In this document: positions 23,264 to 33,409 of the stretch, one piece after another
Layout: each line of letters begins with the position of its first letter
Numbering within the stretch: the first letter of the stretch is position 1
From: Candidatus Methylomirabilia bacterium
GTDB lineage: Bacteria > Methylomirabilota > Methylomirabilia > Rokubacteriales > CSP1-6
Reading direction: 5' to 3'
NCBI GenBank assembly: GCA_041497895.1
Contig: JBGQHJ010000034.1
Span: forward strand, 1-34,917
Length of the DNA stretch: 34,917 nucleotides
Made by a program: the position numbers and the translations under genes
Notes under the pieces: model-generated
Databases searched by the model: none
What the model was told of the DNA's origin: nothing
What the model saw: the letters and a program-made list of their open reading frames with translations, nothing else

Positions 23264-24811
23264 TCACTTGAACGTCAACTCGTACTGCTCGCGGTGATAG
23301 GAGGGCACCCCCTGCACCACCACCTTGCGGCCGATCAGCGCCTGCAGCCGCTCGAGGCCGTCGCGCTGGGTCGACTCCAGGTGGTGGGCCATCTCGGGAT
23401 GGACCCGGACGACCACCTCGCGGGGGCCGCCCTCGTGCGCGCCGGCCTGGACCTTGCGGAAGATCTCGGCCGCCAGGGTGGCGTCCGATTTCACGACCCC
23501 GCTGCCCTTGCAGGTGGGGCAGGGCGCGCAGAACAGAGACTGCAGGCTCTGGCGGACGCGCTTGCGTGTCATCTCCACCAGGCCCAGCTCCGAGATCTCG
23601 AGCACGTTGGTGCGCGCCTTGTCGTCGGCGAGCACTTTCTTGAGCGCCTTGAACACCTGATCGCGGTGCTCGGCCCGCTCCATGTCGATGAAGTCGATGA
23701 TGATGATGCCCCCGAGGTCCCGGAGCCGGATCTGACGCACCACCTCGGTCACCGCCTCGAGGTTGATCTTCAGCACCGTCTCCTCGAAGTCGCGCTTGCC
23801 CACGTACTTGCCGGTGTTGACGTCGATCGCCACCAGGGCCTCGGTGTGGTCGATCACGATGTAGCCACCCGACTTGAGCCACACCCGGCGCCGGAGCGCC
23901 TTGTCGATGTCCCGCTCGATGCCGGTGGCCTCGAAGATCGGCGCGTCCTTGTCCCACCGCTTGACCCGGGGGGCGAGCTGGGGCACCAGCGAGGTGGCGA
24001 AGTGCAGACACTTCTCGTAGGCCGCTTCGCTGTCGACCAGGAACTCCTCCACCTCCGGCGAGAAGAGATCCCGCACCACCCGGAAGGTGACGTCCATCTC
24101 CTCGTGGAGCAGCGAGGGCGCCTTCGCGGACTCGAAGCGGGCCTGCACCTGGCTCCAGAGCCGGCTCAGGAACTGGATGTCCGCCACCAGGTCCTCGTCG
24201 CCCTTGCCCTCCGCGACGGTTCGAACGATGAATCCGCCGGGGGGCGGGGGCAGTCCCTTGACGATGGCGCGAAGCCGGTCGCGCTCCGCGTCGTCGTGGA
24301 TGCGCCGGGACACGCCCACGTGCCGCGCCTGCGGCATGTAGACGATGTAGCGGCCTGGGATGGAGACGAACGAGGTCACGCGGGCCCCCTTGGTGCCGAG
24401 CGGCTCCTTGGAGACCTGGACGAGGACCTCCTGGCCCTTGCGCAGCATCTCCTCGATGGGGGCGACCGCCTCCCGCCGAGGCCCGGCCTCCCCTTCCCCC
24501 TCCGCGTCGCCCACGTCCTCGTCGGCGCTCTCTTCTTCCGCGTCGGGCGCGTCGGGGGCGTGATCCACCTGGCCCAGATTGGCGGTGTAGTCGCCCGCGT
24601 ACAGGAACGCATCCTTGGAGAGCCCGATGTCCACGAACGCGGCCTGCATGCCCGGCAGCACGTTGGTGACGACGCCCTTGTAGATGCTGCCGACGATGGA
24701 GCGCCGGTCCGCGCGCTCGACGTACAGCTCGGTGAGGAGATTTCCATCCTGGACGGCGAGACGCGTTTCGGTCACACCGGCGTTGACGACGATGCGCTTT
24801 CCCACGGCCAA
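23264..24811 (-). CDS. rng: Ribonuclease, Rne/Rng family (RNase G-like)
   Basis: IYKGVVTNVLPGMQAAFVDIG, KEPLGTKGARVT, AIDVNTG, RLRDLGGIIIIDFIDM, CPTCKGSG; no RNase E C-terminal scaffold. Confidence 0.93.
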   Translation of the reverse strand: MAVGKRIVVNAGVTETRLAVQDGNLLTELYVERADRRSIVGSIYKGVVTNVLPGMQAAFVDIGLSKDAFLYAGDYTANLGQVDHAPDAPDAEEESADEDVGDAEGEGEAGPRREAVAPIEEMLRKGQEVLVQVSKEPLGTKGARVTSFVSIPGRYIVYMPQARHVGVSRRIHDDAERDRLRAIVKGLPPPPGGFIVRTVAEGKGDEDLVADIQFLSRLWSQVQARFESAKAPSLLHEEMDVTFRVVRDLFSPEVEEFLVDSEAAYEKCLHFATSLVPQLAPRVKRWDKDAPIFEATGIERDIDKALRRRVWLKSGGYIVIDHTEALVAIDVNTGKYVGKRDFEETVLKINLEAVTEVVRQIRLRDLGGIIIIDFIDMERAEHRDQVFKALKKVLADDKARTNVLEISELGLVEMTRKRVRQSLQSLFCAPCPTCKGSGVVKSDATLAAEIFRKVQAGAHEGGPREVVVRVHPEMAHHLESTQRDGLERLQALIGRKVVVQGVPSYHREQYELTFK

Positions 24812-24856
24812 CCTCGATCCGGGGTCTCGCGGGAGACCCGGCCGGCAGTTCTGCGG

Positions 24857-25948
24857 TTAGTGGAACTGCCGCATTCGGATCGAGAGCAGAAGACCCAGCG
24901 CCGTCAGCGAGACCACCATGGAGGATCCGCCGTAGCTCATCAACGGCAGCGGTATCCCCACGATGGGGAGCAGGCCCGTCACCATCCCGATGTTGATCAG
25001 GATCTGGGCCGCGAACACGGTCGTCACCCCGAGAGCCAGGATGCGCCCGCGAGTCTCACGCGTGCCGGCCGCGATCTCGAACCCCCGCATTACCAGGAGC
25101 ACGTAGGCCACGATCAGCACCAGACAGCCGAGGAACCCCCACATCTCGGCGAACACGGCAAAAATGAAATCAGTATGCCGCTCGGGGAGAAAGGACAGGC
25201 GGCTCTGCGTTGCGCCGCCGACTCCCTTCCCCAGGAGCTGGCCCGAACCGATGGCGATCTTCGCCTGAATGACATTGTAGGCCGTTCCGAGCGGATCGCG
25301 GAACGGATCGAGATAGACGAGCAGCCGGTCTCGCTGGTACGGCTTGAGCACGAACCAGCCGAGTGGCATCGCGGCCACCCCCGCCAGCGTCAGCGCGCCC
25401 AGCACCTTCATTCGAATTCCGATGCCCACCAGCGTGGCGGCCAGCACCGGCACCAGGACCAGGGCCGTGCCCAGGTCCGGCTGGCGCACCACCAGCAGGA
25501 ACGGCACCCCCAGGAGCACGAAGGTCCCGATCAGCGCCGCGCGGGAGAACCGCTCGCCTCGGCCGGCGGTGAGCGCCCACGCCAGCGTGATGATGAAGAT
25601 CAGCTTGAACAGCTCCGAGGGCTGGACCGTGAGGGGACCCAGGTGGATCCAGCGCCGGGCGCCCGAGACAGTGCGGCCCAGGACGAAGACCGAGGTGAGC
25701 AGGCCCAGCCCCACCACGTAGAGGACCGGAGCGGTCCGCACCAGGTTCCGGTAGTCGACGCTGGCCACGACCAGCAGGCCGATGAGCCCCACTCCGATCC
25801 ACGAGATCTGCCGCCACACGAGCGACGAGATGCCCCGACCGGGATTGAGGCTCCACAGACAGACCAGGCTGAGCCCGATGATGAACAGGGCCGCGCCCAG
25901 GAGAAGCCAGTCGACGTTCTGGAGGAGGCGCCGGTCGAGCCGGAGCAT
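24857..25948 (-). CDS. rodA: Rod shape-determining protein RodA
   Basis: ATG 25948: GARRWI, QPSELFK, QPDLGT, FLPERHTDFIF, LPLMSYGGSS. Confidence 0.95.
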   Translation of the reverse strand: MLRLDRRLLQNVDWLLLGAALFIIGLSLVCLWSLNPGRGISSLVWRQISWIGVGLIGLLVVASVDYRNLVRTAPVLYVVGLGLLTSVFVLGRTVSGARRWIHLGPLTVQPSELFKLIFIITLAWALTAGRGERFSRAALIGTFVLLGVPFLLVVRQPDLGTALVLVPVLAATLVGIGIRMKVLGALTLAGVAAMPLGWFVLKPYQRDRLLVYLDPFRDPLGTAYNVIQAKIAIGSGQLLGKGVGGATQSRLSFLPERHTDFIFAVFAEMWGFLGCLVLIVAYVLLVMRGFEIAAGTRETRGRILALGVTTVFAAQILINIGMVTGLLPIVGIPLPLMSYGGSSMVVSLTALGLLLSIRMRQFH

Positions 25949-27756
25949 CAACCGGACTCGCCGAGCGTCACCTGAGCGACCTTCTGGAGGAAGATGGCCT
26001 CGTAGATCTTGCGCGCGACGGGGGCCGCCACTTCGCCGCCGTGGCCGCCCCGCTCGATGAACACGACCACCACCGCCTGCGGGTCGTCCGCGGGCGCGAA
26101 CGAGGCGAACCATGCGTGATCCTGCCCCTTGGCCGAGTCGCTCTTGGCGATGGTCTGCGCGGTGCCGGTCTTGCCGGCGATGTCCAGGCCGGGGAGCCGC
26201 GCCGCCGTCCCGGTTCCCTCCTTGACCACCGCGGTCAGGGCGTTGCGGAGAAACGCCCACACCACCGGCGAGAGCTCCACGCGCTCGGTCATCTTGCTCG
26301 AGGCGCTGTAGGCGAGGGAGCCGTCCGCGCGCGCGACCCGCTGCACGAGGCGCGGCTTCCACAGGATGCCCCCGTTGGCGACCGCTCCCATCATCCGGGC
26401 CACCTGCAGGGGAGTGACCAGGAGCTGGCCCTGCCCGATGGACATGTTCACGGTGTCCCCGGCCTGCCACGGGCGCTTGGACCGCGAGCGCGAGGCCGCG
26501 AAAGGCACGAGCCCGAAGCGCTCTCCACCCAGGTCGATGCCGGTGGGGGCGCCCAGGCCGAAGGCCTGCGCGTACCGGGCCATCGCGTCGCCCCCGACCT
26601 TGAGGCCGGCCTGGTAGAAGTAGACGTCGCACGACTGGGCGATGGCCGTGCGCAGATTCACGTGACCGTGGCCCCCCGACTTCCAGTCCTTGAACGTCCA
26701 GTGCCCCAGGCTGAACTCTCCATTGCAGTAGACCTGGTCCATCGGGGCGAGCGAGCCTTCCTGGAGCCCGGCCGCGGCCACGATGATCTTGAACACCGAG
26801 CCGGGTGGGTACTGGCCCTGCAGGGCGCGGTTCATGAGCGGGGTCATCGGATCCTTCACCAAGCGCAGCCACTCGTCCCGGTCGATGTTCCCGGTGAGGC
26901 GATCGAGGGGAAAGGCGGGGCTCGACGTGAGCGCCAGCACATCGCCGTTGCGGGGATCCAGGACGACCACCGAGCCGGCCTTGCCCGCCATCGCCTGCTC
27001 GGCGATCTCCTGGATCCGGCGATCGATGGTGGTGATCACCTGGGCGCCCGGATCGGGCTCCTCGCGGCGCATCAGCTGGACCGGTCGACCCATGGCGTCG
27101 ACCTCGATCCGCTCGCCGCCGTCGCGGCCGCGCAGGTACTCGTCGAGGAGCCGCTCCAGGCCCGATTGTCCGATCATGTCGCCCCGGCGGTAGCGGCCCT
27201 GCTTCATCTGCTCGTCGCTCACCTCGCGGACGTAGCCCAGCAGATGGGCCGCGAACGTGCTGGTCGGGTACACCCGCTGGGGCTCGACCTCGACGATCAC
27301 GCCCGGGAGCTCGAGCTTGCGCTCCTCGACCTTGGTGACTTCCTCCAGGGAGAGTCCGCGCCGCACACGCACCGGGCGGATCGAGTCCGCGGGCACGCGC
27401 TCGAGCGCCTCCAGGAGATCGCCGACCGGGATCTTGAGGAGGACGGACAGGCGCGCCACCACCGAGTTGCGGTCCTCCATCTCGCGGGGGATCAGCGAAA
27501 GGGTGAAGGCGGGGCGGTTGTCCACCAGGGCCAGCCCGTTCCGGTCGAACAGGATACCGCGCGGCGCCGCCACCGGCCGCACCCGGATCCGGTTCTTCTC
27601 CGAGAGCTCGTGCATGCGCCCGCCCTCGAGCACCTGGAGATACCAGAGCTGACCCACCAGACCCAGGAAGGCGACCGCGGTGATCACCGCCAGCGCGAGC
27701 ACGCGCCGGCCCCAGGCCTCGCGACGGTTGGGAGGCGGCGGCGAGCTCAGTGCCAC
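25948..27756 (-). CDS. mrdA: Penicillin-binding protein 2
   Basis: GTG 27756; APRGILFDRNG, YPPGSVFK (SxxK), SCD, KTGTAQ, DHAWF; lies in the mre cluster. Confidence 0.95.
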   Translation of the reverse strand: MALSSPPPPNRREAWGRRVLALAVITAVAFLGLVGQLWYLQVLEGGRMHELSEKNRIRVRPVAAPRGILFDRNGLALVDNRPAFTLSLIPREMEDRNSVVARLSVLLKIPVGDLLEALERVPADSIRPVRVRRGLSLEEVTKVEERKLELPGVIVEVEPQRVYPTSTFAAHLLGYVREVSDEQMKQGRYRRGDMIGQSGLERLLDEYLRGRDGGERIEVDAMGRPVQLMRREEPDPGAQVITTIDRRIQEIAEQAMAGKAGSVVVLDPRNGDVLALTSSPAFPLDRLTGNIDRDEWLRLVKDPMTPLMNRALQGQYPPGSVFKIIVAAAGLQEGSLAPMDQVYCNGEFSLGHWTFKDWKSGGHGHVNLRTAIAQSCDVYFYQAGLKVGGDAMARYAQAFGLGAPTGIDLGGERFGLVPFAASRSRSKRPWQAGDTVNMSIGQGQLLVTPLQVARMMGAVANGGILWKPRLVQRVARADGSLAYSASSKMTERVELSPVVWAFLRNALTAVVKEGTGTAARLPGLDIAGKTGTAQTIAKSDSAKGQDHAWFASFAPADDPQAVVVVFIERGGHGGEVAAPVARKIYEAIFLQKVAQVTLGESG

Positions 27757-28241
27757 GCCCGCCTCCGCACCAGCTCCAGGCTCGCCTCGGCCAGGATGCA
27801 CAGGGTGCCGATCACGCCGTTGTAGAGCGCCTGCGGCAGGATCACGTGGAGCATCAGGTCGCCGAAGGCCGCGGGGTAGTGGAACATCTGCAGGAGCAGG
27901 AAGCGCCCCAGGCCCTCGGCGATGCTCAGGAGCACGAGCCCCGGGACCTGCACGAGCGGGTTGCTGACCCAGAAGCGTCCCACCAGCAGGCCCATTCCGA
28001 AGCCGGCCAGGCCCTTGGTGAGGGCCTGCACGCCCACGAGCCCCCCGCCGCTCGCGTCCTGGAGGAGCCCGGCCACGAAGCCGGCCAGACAGCCGGACTC
28101 GGGCCCGTAGCGGAGGGCGATCAGCACCGTGAGGATGAGCGGCACGTCCGGCGTGATCCCGCCTACTCCCGCGACCGCGACCACCGTCGACTGCAGCACG
28201 CCGCCCCCGACGATGACCAGGAGGAGGAGGAGACGGAGCAC
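27747..28241 (-). CDS. mreD: Rod shape-determining protein MreD
   Basis: Hydrophobic 164 aa, PDVPL, GFVAGLLQD, PQALYN; between mreC and mrdA. Confidence 0.9.
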   Translation of the reverse strand: MLRLLLLLVIVGGGVLQSTVVAVAGVGGITPDVPLILTVLIALRYGPESGCLAGFVAGLLQDASGGGLVGVQALTKGLAGFGMGLLVGRFWVSNPLVQVPGLVLLSIAEGLGRFLLLQMFHYPAAFGDLMLHVILPQALYNGVIGTLCILAEASLELVRRRAWH

Positions 28242-28244
28242 GGC

Positions 28245-29084
28245 TCACCCCTCCGAGGGGAACAGCGCGGCCACGTCCTGGGTGGTCTGCCCGGTGACGA
28301 GCAGGACCTCCTCGACACGGGAGAAGTCCACCGCGGGCGCGAGCACCGCGAAGTGGAAGAGGGCCGACCCCTTGTCCTCGATCTTCACCACGCGGCCGAC
28401 CGGGAGGCCCTTAGGGAACAGAGTGCCCAGGCCCGAGGTGACCACCAGGTCGCCCGGCGCGACGCTCGCGCCGTCACGGGCCATGAACTTGAAGCGGACG
28501 GTGCCGCCGGCGTCGCCCTCCACCAGCCCGGCGGTCCGGGTGCGCTGGACCACTGCGCCGACCGTCGAGGCCGGATCGTTCAGGAGCTGGATCACGGCCG
28601 CGCCCCGGTGGACCTGCACCACCCGGCCGACGAGGCCGTCCGGGACGATGACCGGCGTCTGCTGGGCGATGCCGTCGCCGCGCCCCCGATTCACGGTCAG
28701 GGAGCGGACCCAGCCCCCAGCCTCGCGCCCGATCACCTCGCCGGCCACCGTGGCCAGAGGCAGACGGTCCCGCAGCACCAGCAGGCGGCGCAGCCGCGCA
28801 TTCTCCTCGCGGGTCTCTCCGGCCTGCATAGACTGGACGCGCAGCTGCTCGTTCTCCTCGCGGAGGGCGGCGTTGTCGCGCCGCACCGACTTCCAGTCGA
28901 CGTAGTTGGCCCAGAGGTTGAGGGCGCCGCGGTGCACGCGGACCAGGAGGCTCTGGATCGGGGTCACCGCGATCGTGACCAGCTCGCCGGCCCGACCGGT
29001 TCCCCCGCCCCGCGTCTGCACCGTCAGGAGCAGTAGGGACACGAGTAGCACCGCGAGCAGGATTCCGTATCTGCGAACTCTCAC
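28245..29084 (-). CDS. mreC: Rod shape-determining protein MreC
   Basis: N-terminal TM, coiled coil ENARLRRLL, GLVGRV, VVTSGLGTLFPKGLPVGRV. Confidence 0.94.
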   Translation of the reverse strand: MRVRRYGILLAVLLVSLLLLTVQTRGGGTGRAGELVTIAVTPIQSLLVRVHRGALNLWANYVDWKSVRRDNAALREENEQLRVQSMQAGETREENARLRRLLVLRDRLPLATVAGEVIGREAGGWVRSLTVNRGRGDGIAQQTPVIVPDGLVGRVVQVHRGAAVIQLLNDPASTVGAVVQRTRTAGLVEGDAGGTVRFKFMARDGASVAPGDLVVTSGLGTLFPKGLPVGRVVKIEDKGSALFHFAVLAPAVDFSRVEEVLLVTGQTTQDVAALFPSEG

Positions 29085-29136
29085 CGCTCCGTCACCCCTA
29101 CGGCCGATCAGCGCGAGGCTGGCCCGAGGCCGGCGT

Positions 29137-30222
<1,086 letters not shown>

Positions 30223-30231
30223 TCAAGGCTG

Positions 30232-30260
30232 AGTCTAGCACTCGGAATTTTTCGCAACAA
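30232..30260 (-). promoter_or_regulatory. Putative promoter of the mreB operon
   Basis: TTGTTG (30260-30255), 17 nt spacer, then TAGACT (30237-30232) with an extended TG, in an AT-rich gap. Confidence 0.5.
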
Positions 30261-30365
30261 GGAAAACCTAGGATTTTCGAGAGGATGGACGTCACCGGCG
30301 AGCGTCCAGAGACCCTCCGCGCCTCGCGAACAGGCGCCCGGAAAAACTGGCGGGATTCCGGTGGG

Positions 30366-30926
30366 TTAGACCGGGCCGCCTCGGGCCCGGCGGAGCGCCG
30401 GGGCGATCCGATCCTTATAGAGGCGCACCGCGTCACGGATCACCTGCTCGGCGGCCGCGCGGCCGCGGATCTGCTCGACGTCGACCGTCTTGTTCTCGAG
30501 GACCTTGTAGTCGAGGAAGAAGCGCTGGATCTCCTTCAGCCGGTGGGGCGGCAGCTCGGCGGCCTCCTGGTAGTGGGCATACTCCGGATCGTCGACATGG
30601 ACCGCGATCACCTTGTCGTCGCCGCCCTTCTCGTCGCTCATGGTGAGCACCCCGATGGCGCGCGCCCGCAGGATGCAGAGCGGGACCACCGGCTCCTGGC
30701 CCAGCACGAGCACGTCGAGCGGGTCCCCGTCGTCGCAGTACGTCTGGGGCAGGAACCCGTAGTTCGCCGGATAGTGCACCGCCGAGTGCAGGACCCGATC
30801 GAGGCAGAGGAGCCCGGTCTCCTTGTCCAGCTCGTACTTCACCTTGGAGCCCTTCGGGATCTCGATCACGCACCGGAAGTGGTGCTCGATGGAGGCGCCC
30901 AGCTCCACGTCGTGCCACGCGTTCAC
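30366..30926 (-). CDS. ppa: Inorganic pyrophosphatase, family I
   Basis: GTG 30926: [54 protein letters not shown]. Confidence 0.95.
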   Translation of the reverse strand: MNAWHDVELGASIEHHFRCVIEIPKGSKVKYELDKETGLLCLDRVLHSAVHYPANYGFLPQTYCDDGDPLDVLVLGQEPVVPLCILRARAIGVLTMSDEKGGDDKVIAVHVDDPEYAHYQEAAELPPHRLKEIQRFFLDYKVLENKTVDVEQIRGRAAAEQVIRDAVRLYKDRIAPALRRARGGPV

Positions 30927-31005
30927 GGAAGCGATTATAGGCACGGGCGCCCCCGGTGCGCCTCCGGCGCTGGCTCCCGCCGGACAATTGTGTGAGGATG
31001 CGCCG

Positions 31006-32037
31006 GTGGACGACCTCGAGACTTGGTTCGACAAGGGTGTGACGGATGGGCTGCCGGTGGTGCCTCCGTCACGCGCCCGGGTCGAGCGGATGCTCGCGGC
31101 CAGCGCCCGAGCCCGTGACAACCTGGTGGGGGAGGTGGCGCCCAACTACGGCCGCGCGACCGTCGAGAAGGTCGCGATCAACGCGGTCATGGCCGGCTGC
31201 CGGCCCGAGTACTTCCCGGTGGTCCTGGCCGCGGTCGAAGCTGCGTGCGATCCGTCCTTCAACCTGCACGGCGTGTCGACGTCGACCCATTTCTCGGGTC
31301 CCCTCATCGTCGTGCACGGCCCGATCCGCACGCGAATCGGGCTCAACTGCTCGTTCGGGGTGTTCGGGCCGGGCTATCGCGCCAACGCCACCGTCGGACG
31401 CGCCCTCCGGCTCGTGATGATCAACGTCGGAGGCGCCCGCCCCGGCGAGACCTCGATGTCCACCTTCGGTCACCCGGGCCGCTACACCTACTGCATCGGC
31501 GAGCACGAGGAGGCGAGTCCCTGGCCCCCCTACCACGCGAGCCGGGGGCTCGCGGCCGCCGAGAGCGCGGTGACCGTGTTCGCAGGGGAAGCACCCCACG
31601 GCATCTCCGATCACGCCAGCCGCACCGCCCGGGCGCTCGCGGGCTCGCTGGGCTGGTCCATGGCCTCGCTCTGGAACGCCAAGCACTTCCCGCTCTACTC
31701 CCACACCATGCTGGTGGTGGGCCCGGAGCACGCCCGCACCTTCGCCGACGACGGCTGGAGCAAGGACGACCTCGTTCGCCACATCTTCGAGACCGTCCGG
31801 GTACCGTACCACCGCCTGCAGCCGGCCGACGACAACGGCGAGGGCACGAACCTCCGCTTCGCCAAGGGCGGCGAGCCGGCGCCCGATGAGCTGATCCCCA
31901 AGTTCCCCTCTCCCGAGGAGCTACACGTCGTGGTGGCGGGCGGCACCGCCGGCCGCTTCTCGATGGTCATCCCGGGCTGGCTCGGCACCAAGAACGGCTC
32001 GCGTCCCGTGACCGTGCCGATCCGGGATACTCCTTGA
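31006..32037 (+). CDS. Conserved hypothetical protein (TDGLPVVPP family)
   Basis: GTG 31006 with [68 protein letters not shown]. Confidence 0.85.
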   Translation: MDDLETWFDKGVTDGLPVVPPSRARVERMLAASARARDNLVGEVAPNYGRATVEKVAINAVMAGCRPEYFPVVLAAVEAACDPSFNLHGVSTSTHFSGPLIVVHGPIRTRIGLNCSFGVFGPGYRANATVGRALRLVMINVGGARPGETSMSTFGHPGRYTYCIGEHEEASPWPPYHASRGLAAAESAVTVFAGEAPHGISDHASRTARALAGSLGWSMASLWNAKHFPLYSHTMLVVGPEHARTFADDGWSKDDLVRHIFETVRVPYHRLQPADDNGEGTNLRFAKGGEPAPDELIPKFPSPEELHVVVAGGTAGRFSMVIPGWLGTKNGSRPVTVPIRDTP

Positions 32038-32062
32038 CAGGTCGAGCCGGGTTCGCTATGTT
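32034..32062 (+). promoter_or_regulatory. sigma70 promoter of csp copy 1
   Basis: TTGACA (32034-32039), 17 nt spacer, then TATGTT (32057-32062); implies a ~165-nt 5' UTR. Confidence 0.7.
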
Positions 32063-32112
32063 TTTGGCAGGTTGTAGGTTCACCCGGTAAGTCGGATTCA
32101 GAATTCGAGACC

Positions 32113-32150
32113 AACGCCGCGAGGACCTCAAGTCCGGCGGCGTTTTTGTT
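32113..32150 (+). terminator. Terminator-like hairpin within the csp1 leader
   Basis: AACGCCGC...GCGGCGTT followed by TTTGTTT. Confidence 0.6.
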
Positions 32151-32233
32151 TGTCCTCCGATTCAGGAGGACGCCCCCGTCATGGTGACGGGGAATCACCG
32201 AGGCGCACGACGCCTCACGAAAGAGGACAGTTG

Positions 32234-32434
32234 ATGGCTCAGGGCAACGTGAAGTGGTTCAACGACGCGAAGGGGTACGGGTTCATCTCTCAGGAGGATG
32301 GCGAGGACGTGTTCGTGCATTTCAGCGCCATTCAGGCCCAGGGGTTCAAGAGCCTGGCCGAGGGCGATCGAGTCGAGTTCGAGGTCACGCGGGGGCCGAA
32401 GGGGCTCCAGGCCGCGAACGTCCGCAAGGTCTAG
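32234..32434 (+). CDS. Cold-shock protein (CspA family), 66 aa
   Basis: [18 protein letters not shown] (RNP1), DVFVHFSAI (RNP2), KGLQAANV. Confidence 0.97.
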   Translation: MAQGNVKWFNDAKGYGFISQEDGEDVFVHFSAIQAQGFKSLAEGDRVEFEVTRGPKGLQAANVRKV

Positions 32435-32526
32435 CGCCGCTCCCGCCGGGCCCCGGACCGTCCGGGGCCCGGCCCGCCTCGCTCCTCCCCTCCGTAGACC
32501 CCCAGCACCCGATACCAGAAACGGCC

Positions 32527-32556
32527 TTGACAGCCGTTCCGGTCCTTTGCTAACCT
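32527..32556 (+). promoter_or_regulatory. sigma70 promoter of csp copy 2
   Basis: TTGACA (32527-32532), 18 nt spacer, then TAACCT (32551-32556) with an extended TG; implies a ~195-nt 5' UTR. Confidence 0.65.
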
Positions 32557-32626
32557 GCGCGCGTTTTCGGGGACTCTGAAGTCGGTTCCTTTCGTACGTG
32601 AACGAAACTCGGTTCTAGGGAATGTG

Positions 32627-32668
32627 AGCGCCGTGAGGGCCTAGGCCCCTCATCGGCGCTTTTTTGTT
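32627..32668 (+). terminator. Terminator-like hairpin within the csp2 leader
   Basis: AGCGCCG-TGAGGG...CCCTCA-T-CGGCGCT followed by TTTTTGTT. Confidence 0.65.
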
Positions 32669-32759
32669 GTTCCCCCCGATCCCGGGGGAATCCCCAGCCA
32701 TGGTGGCGCGGGGCTTAGCGGGCGGCCCATCCCCGCCCAAGGAGAGAGGGTACAGACGT

Positions 32760-32963
32760 ATGGCACAAGGCACGGTCAAGTGGTTCAACGACGCAAAGGG
32801 GTACGGCTTCATCCAGGTCGAAGGCGGGGAAGACGTCTTCGTCCACTACAGCGCCATTCAGGCCCAAGGCTTCAAGAGCTTGGCCGAGGGCGACAAGGTC
32901 GAGTTCGAGGTGACCAAGGGGCCCAAGGGGCTTCAGGCTTCCAACGTTCGGAAGTCGGCGTAG
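32760..32963 (+). CDS. Cold-shock protein (CspA family), 67 aa
   Basis: [35 protein letters not shown]. Confidence 0.97.
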   Translation: MAQGTVKWFNDAKGYGFIQVEGGEDVFVHYSAIQAQGFKSLAEGDKVEFEVTKGPKGLQASNVRKSA

Positions 32964-32981
32964 GCGTCGCCGACCACTTGA

Positions 32982-33016
32982 CGGCCCGCCGGGCTTCCCG
33001 GCGGGCCGCCTTTTTT
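32982..33016 (+). terminator. Intrinsic terminator after csp2
   Basis: CGGCCCGCCGGG-CTT-CCCGGCGGGCCG 12-bp stem followed by TTTTTT. Confidence 0.85.
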
Positions 33017-33019
33017 CAC

Positions 33020-33235
33020 GCCGCGCCGAGACAAAAAAGAGCCCCGACGGACGCTGCGGCGGCTGTCCTGCTGCCATGCCGCCCCGCTGGTGAAGAGCGG
33101 GTCCGTCGGGGCCGGTGGTTCCTGGATCCTCCAGGGCCACCTGCAACTGCTAAAGCCGGGCCTTAGGAGGCGACCACCTCACAGATCACCGTAGGGGTAC
33201 ACATCGGCTGGATCACCTCCCTTTCTCGGCGCGGC
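33020..33235 (-). ncRNA. Candidate structured RNA with a 16S-3'-end-complementary segment and a small ORF
   Basis: 12-bp closing helix (33020-33031/33224-33235), 12-bp helix (33041-33052/33101-33112) enclosing two hairpins, hairpin 33114-33141, and AGAAAGGGAGGTGATCCAGCCG immediately before an ATG. Confidence 0.55.
33163..33204 (-). CDS. Putative 13-aa peptide MCTPTVICEVVAS
   Basis: ATG(33204)...TAA(33163), preceded by an extremely long SD-like sequence. Confidence 0.45.
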   Translation of the reverse strand: MCTPTVICEVVAS

Positions 33236-33409
33236 CCAACCCAGGGCCCAGGAACCACCCACCTTGCCGCGGACGCCGACTCCCGCCGCAAGGCTCGGTC
33301 ACGCTGCTCCCGGCGAAATTACCGGGAGGGAACGCTTGAAGAAGCCTGTGTGAGCTCCGACCGATTTCCGCTCATCGTACATGAGCCCGAGCGACCGGAA
33401 AAGCAATTT

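Noticed and set aside
24480..24580. Acidic low-complexity insert in the RNase G S1 domain
   Set aside because: Variable inserts at this position are common in the Rne/Rng family.
32445..32473. 13-bp GC hairpin after csp1 as an intrinsic terminator
   Set aside because: No U-tract follows; it may be a stabilising hairpin, so it is not called as a terminator.
33189..33226. 16S rRNA gene or fragment on the plus strand
   Set aside because: Similarity is limited to about 38 nt. The invariant upstream GTAACAAGGTA is absent, helix 45 cannot form, and no ITS or 23S follows.
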